Shown here in pieces: positions 58,815 to 64,000 of a stretch of DNA of 64,000 nucleotides. Each line of letters starts with the position of its first letter. The stretch's first letter is position 1. The position numbers and the translations under genes were made by a program. The notes below the pieces were generated by a model, which worked only from the letters and a program-made list of their open reading frames with translations, was not told the origin of the DNA and searched no databases. This DNA comes from Tubulanus polymorphus (Eukaryota > Animalia > Nemertea). The stretch spans positions 7,056,275 to 7,120,274 of the forward strand of contig NC_134032.1 in the NCBI RefSeq assembly GCF_964204645.1, read 5' to 3'.

Positions 58815-59396
58815 CTGGAACTCAAGTTTGATTCCATCAAGCAATTGAGCTGAAAACTCCAATTTGATTCCATCAAGCAATTGATCTGAAACTCCAATTT
58901 GATTCCATTGCACTATTTTGATCCGAAACCGCAATTTGATTCCATCACACAATTGAGCTGAAACCGCAATTTGATTCCATCACACAATTGATCTGAAACT
59001 CCAATTTGATTCCATCACACAATTGAGCTGAAACTCCAATTTGATTCCATCACACAATTGAGCTGAAACTCCAATTTGATTCCATCACACAATTGAGCTG
59101 AAACTCCAATTTGATTCCATCAAGCAATTGAGCTGAAACTCCAATTTGATTCCATCACACAATTGATCTGAAACTCCAATTTGATTCCATCAAGCAATTG
59201 AGCTGAAACTCCAATTTGATTCCATCACACAATTGATCTGAAACTCCAATTTGATTCCATTGCACTATTTTGATCAGAAACCGCAATTTGATTCCATCAC
59301 ACAATTGATCTGAAACTCCAATTTGATTCCATTGCACTATTTTGATCTGAAACCGCAATTTGATTCCATCACACAATTGAGCTGAAACCCCAATTT
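58815..59396. repeat. 35-bp minisatellite
   Basis: Unit AAACTCCAATTTGATTCCATCACACAATTGAGCTG, about 16 copies. Confidence 0.95.
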
Positions 59397-59405
59397 GTGG
59401 ACAGA

Positions 59406-62400
59406 ATGTTAAATCCTGAGCAACAAAAAGCAGTAGACCTTATTGCAGCAGGTCATTCTATTTGTATTTTGGGTCAAGCAGGTTCTGGAAAAAGTTTTTG
59501 TATACGTAAAGCCGTGACGAAATTGAAAAAACAGTCAAAGAAAGTTGCAGATTGTGCAACTACTGGTATTGCTTGTTGTCAATTGACAGACCTTGATGCA
59601 GTAACTATACATAGCTGGTCAGGTATCTTAGATGGACGTTTTTCTAAATCTGAGATGAAGAAGAGGCTCATGACAGACGCCCAACTTATCGATGTTAAAA
59701 ATTACATTTCATCAACAGATATTTTGTTCATTGACGAAATTTCAATGCTCAGCGCATATATTTTTGAACTCATCGAGTTCACTTGTCGTACAGTGCGAGG
59801 TTCATCACAGTGGTTTGGTGGTATGCAAGTAGTAGTGAGCGGTGATTTTTTTTTCAATTACCACCAGTACCAAATCTGGAATACGAAGATGATTGCCATT
59901 ATTGCTTTGAAAGTAGTATATTTAATTTTAGTCATGTGATGATTTTGAGTAAGGTTGTTCGTCAAGCTGATGAAGAGTTTATTAATATCATCAATGAGGT
60001 AACTCGTGGTATTACATCGAAGGAAAGTAATTCCTTTTTAGCAAGTTTAACGCGTCCTTTACCAGAAAATCTTACTGTAACTCATCTATTTGCAAACAAT
60101 TTTAATGTAGAAGTTACAAACCAAATGGAGTTAAGTAAACTTGCCGGTATTGGGAAAATATATGTAGCTACTAGTGAAGAAGGGACATCTGATTCCCTTA
60201 ACTCTTTGCCAGCAGTTCATAAGTAATACTTGAAGATCGGTGCGCCAGTTATTTTGATAAGAAATATCAACAAGTTTCTTGTCAATGGTTTACAAGGCTA
60301 TGTAAAGAGTATGCACCCAGATTTTGTAACAATATTTTTTCCGTCTGTCCATAAAACTGTTGACATCAAACCAGCGGTGTTTTCTGTATTTTCAAAAAGA
60401 AAGCGTGTAAATATTTGCAAGCGATCGCAACTGCCTTTGCGTCTAGCATTTTCATTGACGATACATCGTTGCCAAGGTATGACTTTAGAAGCAGTTTCTG
60501 TTGATTGTCGCAACATACGAACAGCTGGTCAGTTTGGTGTAGCAATCAGTCGTGTAAGAACACCAGATAATCTGCGTGTCCTACATTACGAGCCCAAAAT
60601 ATGCATCAAACCCCCATCAAGCGTTTTAGATTTTTATGAGGAGCACATAATGGCTTCTGCAGATTTTGTTCATGATCTGTCGTGCAGTGTTTTTGGTGAA
60701 GGTATATGCCCTATTGATGCAATTAGCTTTGATTCGGAATGTCAGTCAGATGAAGATAGTCAATTCGACGAATCCGATTTGCGAGCTATAGATTATTTTT
60801 TATCAGGTCAAACTGATTGTTTCGATAGCAGTCGATCCTCAACTTACCCTTCTACAATCGACCCTTGTCATGTTGTAAAACAATTGAAGTTTTCGGACGC
60901 AGTTCTTGATAATCAGATCGACCAAAATAGAGTTCTCGATGATATCTCATCGTCTATCGATTTGACTCTTTACATCTCACATATCTGGTCGAAATTGGAT
61001 TACTTATATGAGTTATATGTATCTTTAACCATGATCCAGCAACCAAAAAACCCGGTGCAATACATATCAGCATTTCATTCATTTGTGACTAGTCAAGAAT
61101 TCCTGACTTACTCCGAGCAATTGTTGAAGCGAAAACCCTTAACTCCGATTGAGATTAAAGTGTGTTCAAGAATCTGTTTCAAACTATTATCCAAGTATCT
61201 GGAATTTCGTACTTCAAGCATAGATAGAATTGTGATTGTAAATAGTTCAGCAACTGTTGAGTCTAGTGCCCACGGAAAAGTTCGTTACGTGGGTGGTTTT
61301 TGTATTTTTTCCGTTTCTCGCTATTTCCAAAAACTCGTCCGTTTTCATTTAGCAAAGTTGGACGAATGTTTTTATGTAGCAAAGTTGAAATTTGATTCGT
61401 TACAATCACTCAGAGTCGCTCAGGCTATGCTTGAAGAGAGTGTTTATCAAGAAACACTTGTTGAAACTTTGTGTCGGCAAAATTCGTTTGAAGGTCTAAC
61501 GAATATATCGGATAAAGCTTTCGAATTTTTCCTCGAACTGGAGAAACTTCGTATTCGATATCATAATGTAAATAATCAGGCATATGAGACTCTGTAGGAA
61601 GATGCTCTCAATTATGTTGTGAGGGACTCTGGTATCAAGGCGAAGTGGTTTAGTTTGTTTGAGATAACTAGTCATATTCCTGAAGTTACGGAATCATCTG
61701 GAATTCGTGATTTGGTCGATAAACTTTTTCTTATTTCCACTGCAATTTTAGATATTTTTCGAGATGTCTGTGTGAAGTATATGAAAGTTGGGAATGCTCA
61801 ATTTCGTAAAGATCTGTTACAGTATATCGGCCAAAAAAGACTCAAGCCCATAGACGTCAAATTCTTATAAGAAAAGAGAAGCAATCGCAGCAGCAGTCCG
61901 ACATTATTACTATGACTACTATCAGAAATAATCCCACTACCATACATTCAATCATTCAGTATGCATTATCTAATCAATCATTTAAATTTGATGGTTTCTG
62001 CAAAGCTGACCTAATGATATTATGTCGCTGCTACGGTATAAAATCAGTTTCTAAACTGAATAAGGTTGGCCTTGTAAACGCGCTGTTGGAAACCCTGTGT
62101 GAACTAGAATCCATGCCGAACCCCGAATTTCTCGACCAACGTAGTATCTCTAGCAGCAAGGTGGTATTACAGCAACAGCAACACAGCATTGTTGCTGTTG
62201 CTGCTGATACTGCTGCTGATGGTATTGAAGGTGCTTCTAGTTCGAAGGATTCTTCGGGATCAGAACAGAGAGGTCTATTAGCTCTGCCCATTGCAACATC
62301 TGCAGACTGCCATAGCTCTATAAAGACTTCTTCAGGGAAGCGAAGTGTTCGTAGTGGAACGCGGGGTAAATCCGTGACCCGGAAAAAACCAAAAACAGAA

Positions 62401-62604
62401 CCTGTTTATTCGTGCCCTATCTGTAAATTGGAATGGTCACTTTCTAGTAAGTTCAGTGATTACTGGCTGGAATGTGGAAACTGTTTGAAATGGATAGATC
62501 CTAAATGTACTGGCCTTATTGTAGGCAGCCCTGAATGGTTACATATTACATCCGATCCTAACATTGAATGGCATTGTCAGTTATGTAAACCATCGACTTC
62601 ATAG
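59406..62604 (+). pseudogene. PIF1-family helicase with C-terminal PHD finger, multiply disrupted
   Basis: GQAGSGKS, FIDEISM, FGGMQVVVSGDF, LVNG, TIHRCQGMTL, VAISRVR; PHD CPIC...CGNC..W....C...WHCQLC. Confidence 0.85.
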
Positions 62605-62950
62605 ATAGAAATTCATTTTTGAGTCCATGGTTGAATTTCATAAGACTTGGCTCTGTGCCAGTTTTATTGTACACAAATACTAGTGTTGCATAGCAACACT
62701 GAATGTATTGATTTTATCTCAGTGCAAATGCAAAACATTATTGGACAGCTGTTGGTGCAAGGGGGGCTTTGCACAAGATCATATAAGATCATTGATGATA
62801 TCAGTGTATGAAAAAAACCAGATCAAACAGTTCTCTACCACAAACACTGGTATCGTCCATGATCCTATGTCATCTTGTGACAGGCCCCAGGTGCTGGTTG
62901 CATAGTCACGGTATAGATACCCGACAAGTAAGACTTAGTTCTAGGGGATC

Positions 62951-63650
62951 TGTGATGATGCACGGTATCATCGCACAATGCAGGAACTAGGTATAAAAAA
63001 CCGTGATCACGAACAAAGTCTTAAGATGTTCACTTTCCGTGTTAGAAGTCATTTATTTCGTCGTATAGTGTAAAATCCTTTTCACAGTCATATCATATCA
63101 AGTTGAAGTTTATTATTTAATTTTGCGTACAGTTACGGTAATAAAACTAACTGCAGATAGTGAAAATTAGTTTTAAATACAAGCGTTGGCTTTTCCAAAA
63201 ATCCAAACGAAACCAACCCCGCAAGTTAAGTGCGGGGGTATTTTATACCCAAATATCACATGACCAAGGGTCACGTGATTTTAACTAGTGATTTTAGTGG
63301 AGGAAAGCTTAGGAATGATATCATGATTTTGCAGCTCAGAAACTGGCATCCCTTCAAAACCCTGGAATCTTTAATTACTGGACCATGTCCGGTTGTTTGT
63401 TCAAACTGTACTGATATCAACAGGTTAACAGTACTTGGACACAGCAGTTCATTTGAACTTTACCTGTGAGGATAGTAAGAAGGGTTGCATCCATAATACT
63501 ATTACTTACTGTTGATATCAATGATATTAATTCCAAAAGATGCTTTATCATAATTATAATTCAATTGAAATGAAGTTAATAATTCCAACTATAAGTTAAT
63601 AATTTCAAATATCAAAATAAATTCAAAATGTCAGAACTGCGATCATGACA
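62951..63650 (-). mobile_element. Probable 3' LTR of a minus-strand LTR retrotransposon
   Basis: TGTGATGAT...ATCATGACA inverted ends; polypurine tract (GAAGGAGGGGGAATA on the minus strand) directly adjacent at 63651-63665. Confidence 0.6.
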
Positions 63651-64000
63651 TATTCCCCCTCCTTCGGAAAAGTTCACGTCCCCGTGAAAATTTAATTCCA
63701 CGAAGAGAAAAAAAAATAAGACAACGCCCGACTAAATTTTTCGACAATTAAAGTTACACAATCAGTATCGGTATCATGACTGTCGTCGGCAATTCAAATA
63801 CAACTTCGTCCCCCACTCTGATTTCGTCCCAAAGCTGCCACGTTATTTCAAGTCTATGCCGACAATTCGACTTATCCACGGGTATATCGGGCACTTTGAT
63901 CCCAGAGCAGTCGAGTTCAAGTGGATGATGCGGACAGGATCCCAGTGGTATAAATACACTGGTAGATCTGTCGCAGCATTCCAAAATTAAATGAGAACAG

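Noticed and set aside
58725-59376. ORFs with repeated CDGIKL peptides; CRISPR-like appearance
   Set aside because: Translation of a 35-bp tandem repeat with no unique spacers; eukaryotic context

Overview
AT-rich eukaryotic (probably invertebrate animal) genomic DNA. The first ~50 kb is a cluster of four Polinton/Maverick-type insertions. A (1-9216) is the right part of an element with an intein-free pPolB. C (11194-15702) is a 4.5-kb non-autonomous element with 6-bp TSD GAAAGA, ~440-bp TIRs that each carry a small SSB-like gene, and a ~285-nt highly structured candidate ncRNA. D (17771-32019) is a 14.2-kb non-autonomous element with TSD ACTGGG and giant ~6-kb TIRs encoding a RING-like protein and a spliced double-PC4 protein. 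B (33208-50212) is a full-length 17-kb element with TSD CATTTA, 344-bp TIRs, integrase, packaging ATPase, major and minor capsid proteins and several membrane proteins, but no recognisable adenain protease. Its pPolB carries a LAGLIDADG intein in the catalytic YxD/TD motif. Almost every A/B/C gene starts at a poxvirus-late-like TAAATG. A second covarying RNA motif is shared by B, C and D. The remaining sequence holds decayed transposons: a hAT remnant, a HECT plus integrase pair, a PIF1-PHD gene, an LTR and tandem repeats. All calls were made by eye, without database searches.
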